Part shown: positions 13,301 to 26,000 of the stretch, piece after piece
Position numbering within the stretch: position 1 is the stretch's first letter
Layout: each line of letters opens with the position of its first letter
NCBI RefSeq assembly: GCF_036321535.1
Contig: NC_087437.1
Span: 71,116,001-71,180,000, forward strand
Origin: Camelus dromedarius
Lineage: Eukaryota
Direction: 5' to 3'
DNA: 64,000 bases
The notes under the pieces: generated by a model
The model's database searches: none
The model's input: the letters and a program-made list of their open reading frames with translations, nothing else
Told to the model about the DNA's origin: nothing
Program-made: the position numbers and the translations under genes

Positions 13301-16300
13301 CCCAGGGACAGGAAGCTGGCAAGAGCAGAAAAGCCTCGGGGCCCCAAGAGTGGCACCTGTGGACCAAAGTCATAGTCTCCCTGACACATCTCTCTGGCTC
13401 AATTAGGTTACGTCAAAATCTTTTCAAATAAAACAGAAGTGTGCTAGAATATAAATTACCTAAATTCCTGACTTACCTGTGAGTGCTACTCAGAGGAGTT
13501 ATGGAACTTGGAATACACGTGTAAATGCGGGAGGTCAGAACCATCTCACTGATTCTGTGGGTGGCAAAGAGGATCTGGGCCCCTTTCCAATGCCCTGAAC
13601 ACACCTTTCTGCCCCCCACCACCACCTCCCCACCACTCTCAGTGATTAGGACCATGATGTGGAAGGCAGGCCCACTGACACTGACTTATTTTACATAGAC
13701 ACTTACAGATGTTGGTAAAGCTTCCAAGCTTTAAAACCAGCAGCCAGAGAGATTTCCATTTCGGAGTTAAGTTTTATGAAAAATGCGTTCTCAGCTTATT
13801 TCCTGGAACACGGTGAGCTCTCCACCGGGCGGAGAGCTCGGAGAGGTGGTTCTGGCACAGTGCACGCACCTGGCAGTCCCCAAGCTCTCCTGCTACCAGC
13901 TGTGCATCGAAGGGAGGATCACTTAACCACAACGAGCTTTAGTTGCCTCCTGAGTTTGAACCCAACTGGTGATTCGCAAACCTTGGTGTGACGGGACAGA
14001 GGGGAGTTTGTTTATTTAAAAATGAAGATTCATGGGCCTCAGATCCAGAGACTCCCACTCAGTAGGTCTAGGGAAATCTCCATCTTTCATGAGCACCCCA
14101 CTGCGGACCACACTTGGAGAAACGCTGCACTAAATGATTTGGAAGATCCCTTCCAGCACTCCCAATCCGTAAATTCGTCCTTTCTTAGGCAATCAACCTT
14201 AGGCAGCCTGACATTCCTTCGGCGTCTACCTACCCTTGGTAATGATGTACCAAAAGTGAGGGCGTGTCTGAGTCTGCGCCAGGCAGCCTAGGGAAGGCAG
14301 CAGAGTTGATTGGGTTGTTGTCCCTTCACTGGGGGAAACACTAACATCCTTGTCTCTGATGCCCAGGTGACAGGCGGAGTCTGGACTTTCAGCCGAGTTT
14401 GCTGCGATGTTTTTGTCACTCTGGATGTCATGATGTGTACAGCCAGCATCCTGAACCTCTGTGCCATCAGCATCGACAGGTAGGGCTGGGCTTCCCCTCC
14501 CAGCTTAGGAGGGGGTGCCTAGGTCAGGCGGTGAGGGAAGCCACCCGGGGAAGCTGCTCTTGCTGCATTCGACACACGGGCTTTGCCCCTGAGGGCACTG
14601 GGGTCACTGCCAAGCACAACTTACCACTGGGACATTGTCTTTCCTCTCTTTTTCTTTTCAACTATGGTCTGTAGGTGAGATGAAACTCCTGTCCCCCAAG
14701 TGAAATAACTATCATATAAGCTTCCCTTTCCCCCAGATCCCTAAAGAGGATCCTGGTTTTGCTTTTCCACTATCCTTGGGGCTTTTGTGATTCATAATTT
14801 TTTGTGCAGAGAAAGGGGGAAGGAGGACAAGGAGTTGAGGTGAGCTGACACGGTTGGGAGAAAATTCTCCTGTTGTCATTTTGTTTGTTTGTGGTAAAGG
14901 GAGGGAAGACAGAGATAGGGGACAGGAAATCTTGGGAGTCTTTGGGAGGAGGGCAAGGGGAGAGGAGCGGGTAGGGAAGAAGGGTCCTTTACTATTACTT
15001 ACAGAAAGATATAAATGATATCTTCATATCTAGTTATTTACTTCCGTGATCTATTTATTACTTTCCTTCATAGAGTTGAAGAAAAACAAGTAAAGAATGA
15101 TGTTTTTTAGAACTGCCTTTTGGTTGCTGGAGTGGGTTTCCATGATCTTTGACTTGACTCTATGTGTTTGTTCCACCAGTATAACATTGCTTTCTGTCCC
15201 TCAGCATGCCCTGCCCTGGCTCTGGGGCCCTGTGCTCCTCACTGCCCTCCTCCTTTTGTTTCCTCTCCTCTTTCCATGTCCCCTGCCAGTCTTAGATTTG
15301 CCATGGCTCCATGGACATCTCCAGGCCCCCTGCGTGCCTGGGGAAGGGAGGTCGCTTTCCAGCTATGGCCTCTGTTGCCAGTCAAGAGTCTCCGATCTTC
15401 CCTTCTCTGAGTCCCCGGCCACCTCTTCTCTTCTGACACTCTTTCTCCCAGGACTAGTATCCATCCACTCCATTGCTCTAACGGGTGACCCCACATAGGA
15501 TCCGCCATTTATTGAGAATTTACCACTTTGTGCTAAGGCAAGTCAAAGCCTTCCTCATTCCATCTTCACGACAACTCTTAGGTACTTCCAGCTTCTTAGA
15601 ATAATTAAGGAATCTGCCCAAAGTCACATAGCTAGTATGAAGCAGTGCCAGGATTTGAATTCATGTCTATCTGACTGTGAGTGAATAATTTAGGCTTTGT
15701 GCTAAGCCCTCTCAAATCTCCAGCTACACCTCTAATTTCTCCCCTGATTTCCAGACCACATCACTGCCTGGATATATCTCTGGCTCCATACAAGGCAAAA
15801 TGTTAAAAACCAAACCTTCAAACCATCAAAGCACCAAACCAGCTGGACTTGGTTATCTCTTACTGGCAACGTCATTTTCCTGGAATCTTGGATTTTGTTT
15901 GACTCCTTTCTCTCCCTCATCTCCCACATCTTAGCAGTTAGTGCTTACAGAAGTTTTTTCTAAAAGTGCCCCATCTATCCTTTCTTACTGCACCTGCTTA
16001 TTTTAGGTTCCTATGCCCTCTCACCCAGGCTTCTGCCACAGCCCCCTAACTGGCCCTTCAACCACTCTCAGAATTATTCCCCCAGAAGTAAAGGCCAAAT
16101 GTCCACTGCCTTACTCTAACCCCTTCAGTGTCTCCTTGGTCCCTGGAATAAAAATTAAAGTTACCTTCACAGCCTAAGATTCAGAGCTGTCCACTCTATG
16201 GCCTCAGTCTACCTTTCCCATCTCATCTCTGTCTGGGTTGCTCTCCAGCCCTCTCACATTCCAACTCTTATCACACCGGCCTCCTTTTCTGTGAAGCCCT

Positions 16301-19300
16301 TCCAAATGTCCACAACGGAATTCAGTCACGCCTGAACTCTCCCCTGCTTCCTCTGTCATGGTGTTGCGGCATCTCCAGGCTGCCCTTTGCCAAGAGTCCT
16401 AATGCAGGTCCTCCTCACTTCCCCAAGTGTGACATTCATACGATCTAGCATTGTGCCCTCTGTATCAACAGCCCTAAATATCCTTGCGTGTGTGCAACCA
16501 AAGGGATTAGGATAGGTACCTGAAAACCCTATCCTAATGTGGCACTGCAAACCAACCAGTCAACTCGATGGCCTTTTGACCTACAGCATTTGATTGGCTA
16601 TCACTGGACTTTCATTACTTGATCAGCTACCCTGAGAAGGAACATTAAATATGTGTCCATAATGTTGGAACTAAAACTGTTAAAGAATGTGTTTAAAAAT
16701 AAAGGGACGTGGTTGCATAACGCTGCAAATATACCCCCAAAACACTGGTTTTTACACTTTAAATTGGATGAATTGTGTGGTGTGTGAACTATATCTTGAT
16801 AAAGCTGTTCAAAAGCAAAGGGATCGCTAGGGATTTTATAATATTCTTAGCCCTCTGAGAACAGAACTCCTCTTATAATATCTATGTCTTTTGTGTGATT
16901 TCTGGACAATCAGTAGATAGTTTCAGGAATATATTATTTACAGAACTCGTGGACTACATCTGGTTTACTACATCATCACCTCCACCACCACAAGCTATGA
17001 TGCTAGTCCTACTCCTCCTCACTTGTGAGGCTCCCTGATGTGCCCAGGACAGAGCTTTGAACAAAGAATATTAAACTGAATTCCATGGTCCCTGCCTGAA
17101 GGTAGTCAGGGTTTCTATCACAGTATGCATCTTCAGAAAGGACATGAGCGAGAGGAGAAGATCAGCTGTGGAGGAGGGAGGGAGGAACTGGATAAAGACA
17201 GCTTCTAGGAGACGCTCTGAACAGCCCCCTCCCAGCCTCCCAGTTCTGACCCTGCTCTCTGCCATCTTTGAGAATGTGCCTAGACACTCCACCCTCACAC
17301 TTTCACACATGGCGGGCAGGCAGGGGAGACTGCAGGCTGCTCACTGCACTGGGCTGTGGGAACCGAGTTCGGCCAGGGCTCCACTGCCAGGCCTGGAGTG
17401 GATCAGGAGAGGGTGCCTTTCTGCAACTGGTCAGCCAGGAGAGGGCATCTTATTCTAACTTGCACAAGAGCACCATTCTGCTGGCAGCAGTCATGCTTAA
17501 TAGTCACTTCTACTTGAACCATTTAAGACACAACCAACAAGAACAATCCTTGAACTGGCTTCTGTTCCATATGGGGAGAACCCCCAGAATGCACAGCACT
17601 CACCTACCTGAAGCCCGAGGAACAAGTCCTGCCTTAGACCCCAGTGGACAAGGATGCTTCCGTCTTGGCTTGCAGTCTATAGGAATCAATCCTCACCAAA
17701 CTTCCAAATGGAGCCTCCTCCCTCTTCTAGGAAAGAAAATAGGCCTTGGAAAAGCTGTCTCCATTATCCTTCACAGCAGTTTGCAGTACACAGCATTAAA
17801 TTCTGTTCATGGGATGCCAAATAGCTGGTCAATTCATTAAAAATGCAGTCACTCACGCAGACCTTTGGTCTTCACACAATGCTAGTCACCCGGCTGACAA
17901 ACTTGACCAAATGGATTCAGCAGTTTTTGGTCATGAAGCCCTGATCTGTAATAACAGGGTAGTAAGAGATAGGAAAGAAAAGGAAATGATAAAAGGGGTT
18001 TTGAAAGCAAGTAATACTATTGTCATTAGATTCTCAGGCAGAGCTCTGGATGCTGGGATCAATGCCGCCTTTTCTTTTTTAAAAAGCAGAGTGGGTGAGG
18101 ACAACCCCCCACGCTCCCCCCTTGGCTTCCTGCCTCCCAGTAGGCCAGCCCCCTCCCACCGCATCTGGGTCAGAACTAACTGGGGGAGAGGGCTGAGAAA
18201 GTGTCAGAGGAGGAGGACACCATGCGAGCAGTGAGAATTCGAGTCCTCCGCGAGGAGCCCAGGAATAATGCAACCAAATTCATTCACCAGGGAGTTCTTT
18301 AAGTGGCTCTCAAATGGCACCCATCACACAGGCAAGCCTCCGCGTCTTTGCAGCGAGCACAATAGGTACCAGATGAGTCACAGGCACCTTGGATTTTTCG
18401 TTTGCATCTAAATAAGCACTTTATATTTGCAAAGGGCTTTCCAGTCATTTGCAAAAAGCTTTCTCCTTCAACAATTCCATGAGGGGAGTCCACAGAACTA
18501 AAGCTTTATTGAGCCCCCTGTCTGACCAAATAAAAGGTGGTGAAAAGCAGCCCTCACAAAGCTCGGGGCTCATTAAACCCAGGCGGGGAGTTAGACTCAG
18601 GCCCTCCCACCCAGCCCAGCCTCCTTCCTCCCCCACTGCAGCTTCCTCTGAGGCGCCGTCAGCAGTTCCCCACACACACCTCCCTCCCGGGGACAGGGCT
18701 CCAGGTGGAGGCAGAATCCCGCGAGGATCCTGAGACCTTTAGCAGAGTGACAAGCGCGCAAACCCCAGTCATAGAACTAGGAATCAGAAGGAGCATTCGA
18801 GCTTAACTCATTCGTGCGGAAATGTTACATGCACACGTGGGGTCCTGCAGCCTCTTAGGTCTGGGATTAGAACCGGCGTCTTTTGACGCCCCTACCAGGA
18901 TTCTGTTCCAACGAGCGGCCCTTCATTGGTGGAGGTGGGGATGGGACTCCGAGGGAGGGGCCTTGGCCATGCCGGCAGTCCACCTCTCTAGGTGCTATTT
19001 CCTGGGACTGTAAAATCAGGCACGTTTCCTTTGTCTGCAATGCCCTGGCTCCTCTGTGCTAATCCTAACTTGAGGAAGTCTAAAAGCAACCTCAGGAGCA
19101 ATTGCTACCGTTTCTTCAGCATGTACTACGGGCCAGGCACCAAGAGCGTTTCACTTTTGCTAACCTTCCCAACACCGCAGCAAGGGAGGTGTATTAGCTG
19201 CATTTCGCAAGACTCTTGAGGCTAGACTGTGTAGGTAAGCTTGCCCAGGTCACACAGCTGGTAGGTGCAGGAGTAAGGGCACAGTCAGCCTCTTTCTACT

Positions 19301-22300
19301 CCAGCTCACTGCCTTTCTGAGGCACTTAGCCGTCCTCTGGGCCCCCTAGCTCTGAGCCACACTGCCTGGCTGGAAATCCTGGCTCTGCCACTGAATAGCA
19401 GTGTGACCTTGAGCAAGTCAGTTAACCTCTCTGGCCCTCAGTTCCCTTATCTGTTGAGTAGAGATAATAGCAAAAGTGTTGTTATGATTAAATGAGTTAA
19501 TATTTGTAAAGCACTTCAAATAGTCGCCTGGCACATAGAAAGTGCTGTATACTTGTTTGTTTGATAAATAAATACATTTAATGTTTCCTGCTAATCAGGA
19601 ATAAGGGGCAGACACCTCTAAACTCTCACTGGTATGAACAATCACAGATTTCTTGGGCTAGCACAATAATAATGTCAATAGTAGTAGTAATAATAATAAT
19701 ACTGTTTTTTTAATGTTTACTATGTACCAGGCATTGTGCTAAAAAAAAATCTTCACAGAGATCATCTCATTCAATATTCGTAACAGCCCTGTTGGGCAGA
19801 ATCATCATCCCCATCGTGCACATGAAGAACCTGAGTCTCCCAGGAGTCAGATCTCTGGTCCACGGCCACACGGAATATAGGCGGCAGGCCAAGTGGGATT
19901 CAGACGCTAATCAGTCTGTTTCCAACGCCCATTGACTTACCCACTGTGCACACTGCCAGTGTGCGGGCCACTCCAGGAAGGACCCAGAAAGCTGGGAGCG
20001 CAAAGGGAGGGGGCCTGACGAGGGAGCGGCCGGGACGGCGCGCAATGCACGCGCGCTGGAGCGAGAAGAGAGGCGTGAGCGCACGCGGCCCACGCCCAGC
20101 CCTGCCCTCGCCTGAGGCCGGTCATGGGGAGGAGACCAGAGGCTGAGCGGTCCGCTTGAGTGGGAATTCAGGGTCCCTGCAGGGCTGCAGGAAGCTGGGG
20201 GTGCCGAGCTTTCCCTCCCAGCCTCCCCACCGGGCCTGGAGAGCCCGCAGGTGAGCAGTGAACTTCTCACCCCGCCGAGCTGGCGCCGTTCTTGCTGCAT
20301 TCTGGTGCCCTCCGGTGGCCAATTGCGGAACAGCCTCGGTCTCAGCCCCTATGGCAAACTTCCTAGCGGGGGAAAAACCCTGGGAGCCGATTGAGGGGCC
20401 TCATGTATGCTAAAAGTTTAATCGTGTGTTTAAAATAAGGAGAAAAAAGATTAATGTAAATGTAATCTCATCTCTCACTTCTTACCCAAGTGAACAAGAA
20501 CTTTTGATACAGGTTTTCCCTAATGCACTTTCTGGAACTTGTCTAATCGTAAGATGTACTTGCTTGTTAGAAATACACACTTCTGGAGTGGAACAAAATG
20601 CCCAAGGGCGTGGCCTTGAAATGTGTTTTTAACAGGACCCCCTAGGTAATTAATAGAATCAAGCTAATTGGAGAAGCTCCGTTCTGGGCAGCCGCGGGTG
20701 GTCTCAGAGTATAAACCACCCTTCAGCGCCACCTTTCCTGGAGACGCCCTTGTCCCCACAAGGCCTCAGAGACTTAACAGTGCCCTTTAGAGGGAGTGAG
20801 GCACCCAGAAGAGACCTAGCCTCCGGGGCTCTGCCACCACCTGCTGTGAGACCTTGGGGTCATCAGGTAACCTCTCTGTGGCTGATTCCTCCTTTATAAA
20901 ATGGAGCCAATGCTCCCTATACTCACTGACTCATTGAATTAGTGGGAGCCTCCAAGCCTTTGCTGAACATTAAAGCAGATTCAGGGAAGTGCACAGCTCT
21001 CAATGATGGGCTTGGTGTCAGCTCGAAACGGCTGGTGAGAGATGACTGGCACAATTCTGGGAGCTTTTTGAGCCAGTTATTAAACCTGAGGTGTAACTTG
21101 AAATGGACAACGGTGGGAGTGTTGGTACCACAGAAGTTGACAAATGGTATAAATTAGGGCTTTTTTCACTTGGAGAGCCAGTTGTTAGCCATCAAGAAGC
21201 AGGCCACTGAAGGTATGGGATGGTCAGGTTCTTTTGCATCAAAGGCCATTATGCAAATGAAGGCCTGGGCCCAACTGCAGGTCTGAACAGGAGGAAGGGT
21301 CATACCTTTCCTTCCCGACCATCAACAGCTGTTTGGCCATGACAGCTGCAGGCTCAAGGCTCAGCCTCTCCTCCGAGGTACCTCGGGGATCACAGCTGAG
21401 GGCTAGGCTCTGGTCAGCATATTTGACTTGAAGCCCCAACTCACTGCCCCAGTAGAGTCTAAAGTCCTGGGGTGAGTGAGAGGCCCGGAAGAATGTCAGG
21501 TGCTACTTGCCCTGCTCCTTCATTGCCAAGTCAGGGCTTCAGGGGAGGAGTGGTAGTGTATGTGCACCAGGGGACGGGAACTGGATGCTCATGGGCTTCC
21601 CTTGGGGTTGGTAGTGGGATCTTCATTTGACCTTATTAAATAAGAACCTCTATTTCTCTCTTTTGAGAAAGAAGCCACCTCTGTCACCCATCAGGGTGCC
21701 AAGGGTAAGTTCCACAGAGTCTGCCTCCATCTCAGCCCTCCAGCTGTTCCTTTGGGAATACAAATGTTAACACATGAACTCTAAGGCCAGATGTTCAGAT
21801 GTCAGACACAGAAAATTCAGGCAGCTGGCACATACAGGAGGGGCATCAGGGAGCAGTGCCCCACATGCTCCAGCCCAGGGTCTGTCCTTTCCTTCCTCAG
21901 CCTCAAGCCTTGAGGTGCACAAGAGGAGTTAAGGAGGCTCCTGCTCTGCATCTGGCCTCCAGGTTCCCTGGATGCTGAGAAGACATGAAAAATTGAGCAT
22001 GCGTAGACCCAGCTGTACATATTAGCTCCTTTGAGCTGGCATAGGGTTAACATTGTTCTCTTATGGGGAAGGAGGCCTTCAGGATCCACGAGGCAGTCAG
22101 TCAACAGCTTCTTAAGACTTGCTTTGTGCAAAGACCTACATGGAATACCAAGGCTATAAGATGATTTGAGCCATCATGTAATTTAAATCATATCAGGGGC
22201 TATCTCTGCAGCCATGAGGCAAGTTCAGTAATGAGGCAAGACAACTGCATGCAGAAGGGAAACGTGATTGATTAGATAGGAGTGCTCTGCATTCAGAGTT

Positions 22301-22986
22301 AGAGGTCTCTGTAAGATGGAGAGGACTGGGCAAGTTACTGAAGAGCTGATGTGGGATGAAAGGAAGGAAGGAATGAGCTATCCAGGGAAGGAAAAGGGAT
22401 AATGGATTGAACAAAGGCTGTTGAAGTTTCCCCATCACTTAGACAGTTTGGCTGCAGTTATAAGTAAGTGTCAGGGACCAACAGGAGGTCAGGTTGGCAA
22501 GGCAAGTTGAGGTCATGTTGGGAAAGGCTAAGAATTGACATTGTATTTGTCTTCTGTTGCTGTGTAACTAATGATCACAAATGCAGTGACAAACTGTATC
22601 CATTTTTTTACCTCACAGGTTAGAAATCTGTGCACAGTGTAGGTAGCTTCTCTGCTCAGGGTCTCTCGGGGCAAAAACGAGATGTAGGCTGACTTGGGTT
22701 TTCATCTTCCAAACTCATTCTGATTGTCAGTGGAATTCAGTTCCTGGCAGTTACAGGACTGAGGTCCCCACCTCCTTGGCTGTTGTCAACCAGGGGCCGT
22801 TCTCAGCTTCTATAGGCCTTTTGCAGTTCTCTGCCAAATGATCTTTTCCAAAACATGGCCATTTGCCCCTTCAACACCAGCAGGATTATTTCTCATGCTT
22901 TGAATCTCTCTGGATTAAAGAGGGCCCAGTCCCTTTTAAGGGCTTGCCTGATTAGGTCAAGCCCACCCAGGATAATCTCCCTTTTC

Positions 22987-23019
<33 letters not shown>

Positions 23020-26000
23020 TTTGTTGTTGTTGTTGTTTTGGATATATAGTTCATTTTACAATGTTGCATTAGTTACCGATGTACAGCAGAGTATTTCAGT
23101 TATACATATATATTCGTTTTCATATTCTTTTTTATTTTAGGTTATTATAAGATACTGAATATAGTTCCCTGTGCTATACAGTAAGATCTTGTTGTTTATC
23201 TGTTTTATATATAGTAGTTTCTATCCACTAATCCCAAACTCCCAATTTATCCCTCCCCTCCTTTCCCCTTTGGTACCCATAAGTTTGTTTTCTATGTCTG
23301 TGAGTCTATTTCTGTTTTGTAAATTAGTTCATTTGTATCATTTTTTAGATTCTATGTTTAAGTGGTATTATATGGTATTTGTCTTTCTCTGTCTGACTTA
23401 CTTTATTTAGTATGATAATCTCTAGGTCCATCTATGTTGCTACAAGTGGCACTATTTCATTCTTTTTTACGGTGGGTAGTATTCCATTGTGTATATTTGT
23501 ACCACATCTTTCTGTTGATGGATGTTTCGGTTGCTGATAATCTCCTTTTTGATGAACTCCGTCTACTGCTATGTGATCTAACCACAGAGTTCCTCTAGCT
23601 CTACAGGGCATAAATTTGGGAGGCCATCTTAGAATCCTGCCCGTCTCCGTTAAGGGAGGGGAATAATGAAATCTATTTTGGGATCTGGCTGCAGGAGACC
23701 AGCCAGGGGGCTGTGGCCATCATACAGAACGGTGGTAGAAAAGAAATGCAGGGATAAATGGGGAAGACACCATAATGGGCACATTCACAGGACCTGCTAT
23801 CCTTCTGTCCAAAATGCTCTTCTGCCTTAACTCATGTCTGGCGCCTTCTGGCCTCACTCATTCCTCTATCCACTTATGTTGCTTTGCTCCTTCTTACAGC
23901 CTCCCTTATCCTTAAACATGCCACCCAGCTTATTTCTTTCATAATACTCTTCATTTTATATTAACATGTTTTTCCCTCCACTCCACTCAGCTCCAAGCTC
24001 GATAAGGACAGAGGCAATGTCCCATTTGCACATCTCTATATTTCCAGAACAGAGCCTGATGTATAGTAAGAAGTCAATAAATACTGAATGAATGAAAGGT
24101 TAAAGGAATGGGTGATCAAATGACATGGAAGGGCCAAAGAAAAGTAAAAAAGCCTAAGTATTAGATGTGGATGTCTTGAAGAAAGGCAGGAAGTAAAGTC
24201 AGATTTAGAGATGTAAGGAATTACATCTGTTTCAGACAATTTCAGTTTGAGACAACCATGGAACAGTTGTTCAGGTAAGTCCAGTAAGCAGCTGGAAATG
24301 TATGTGAGGAGATACCACAGAAAAGACAAGATCCAATGAGAATAAGGAACCATGCTTTGACCAGGTAAAAGCCTGTGCTGTAGGCTGAATTTTGTGTCCC
24401 CTCAAAATCCTAACCCCCAGTGTGATGGGAGTAGGAGATGGGACCTATGGGTGGTGATTAGGGCTCCACTCTCATGAATGGGATTAGTCCCCTACTAAAA
24501 GAGACCCCAGAAAGCTCCCTCATCCCTCCCACCATGTGAAAACACAGCAAGAAGACAGCCGTCTACAAACCAAGCAGTGGGCTTTCGCCAGACACCAGAT
24601 CTGCCGGCACGTTGCTCTGGGACTTCCCAGCCTCCTGGTCTGTGAAAAATAAGTATTTGTTGTTTAAGCCACCCAGTCTATGGTATTTTTGAAATAGCAG
24701 CCTGAACTGACTAAGACAGCATGAAAACTTGATTTTAAAATAAGCCTTCCTTAGATATTACTCATCTCTACTTACAAAATCTCTGCTACTTGGAATAGTT
24801 GTCACTATGAGGGTTAGAATTAATGTTACGGTACAAGCAGGGATAAACATCCTCTTTGGGCACAGTTCCATCATTATCTGAAAAACTGTGGGAGAAATTG
24901 AAGGCACCAAAACCATCCCCAGAGACTTCAGGGTCAAGGGTGTGTGAATACAAGGCTGGGATCTGCTGGGCTGTCAACCAGCACTGGGGAGAGAAGCTCT
25001 CCGACAGCCTCGTGTTGCTCTGCTAACCTTTTTATTCTTTCTTCCTTTCTCTGCTCACCTTTCCCAATGAGTTCGTCATCTGTCTTATCTCAATCTTTCT
25101 TCCATATTCACTCAAATATCCTCTCTCTACGTTTCTCCAACCAACTTATTTTTCTCCTGCCGCCCATATCAACCCGATTGTTTCTCCAGTGATCTCTTTC
25201 AGCCTGTCTTTTGAATCTCTCTCATCACGTCTATCCTCTCTCCCCTTCCTTTTCTAGGTACACTGCAGTGGTCATGCCAGTGCACTACCAACATGGCACA
25301 GGCCAGGGCTCCTGTCGGCGCGTGGCCCTCATGATCACAGCCGTCTGGGTACTGGCTTTTGCCGTGTCCTGCCCTCTCCTCTTTGGCTTCAACACTACAG
25401 GTAACAATGATGCCCCCACTTCCAACGCCTGCTTGAGTCACAGCACATCTGTGTGGCTGTGAGTGGTGCTCAGCGCTGAAATGTCTGGCCCCTGGTCAAG
25501 GCACTTTGTAATCAAATGAGGATGCTATAGACTGCAAGGCTTTGGCCTTTACTGATTATAAATAAAACAGAAAGCAAAGCCTCTTCAGTTAATGGCATAG
25601 GAATAAAGTTCTGCCCTAATTAATGAAACGTCTGACTTATTCCTATTTTGAAAGAAATGCCATTGTATTCATTTGAAGAAATGTACCAGTTAAAAAGCTA
25701 TGCTATATGAATAATTCAGGTGAGGTTTTGCTAGTGAAAAAACAATAATTCATAATGGATTTACAATGCAAAATAACATCATAAAAGCCCTGGAGTGGGA
25801 TATCCATTTCTAACTTTTTACTCAGTAAGAATCATTTCTAGCATAATAAATTCCTAAATTATTGCAAGATGTATTTTATATTTTTTAATATATGAAAGTT
25901 CTGGCCATGATACTTGGCACATAGTAAATCTTCTTTTGGATGGATGGATGGATGGATGGACGAACACATGGATGAACACTGTGTATACCTAGACGTCTGG

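Noticed and set aside
17268..17840. 190-aa intronic ORF and other 100-155 aa ORFs in the track
   Set aside because: No recognisable domains; many use non-ATG starts or overlap repeats; expected by chance.
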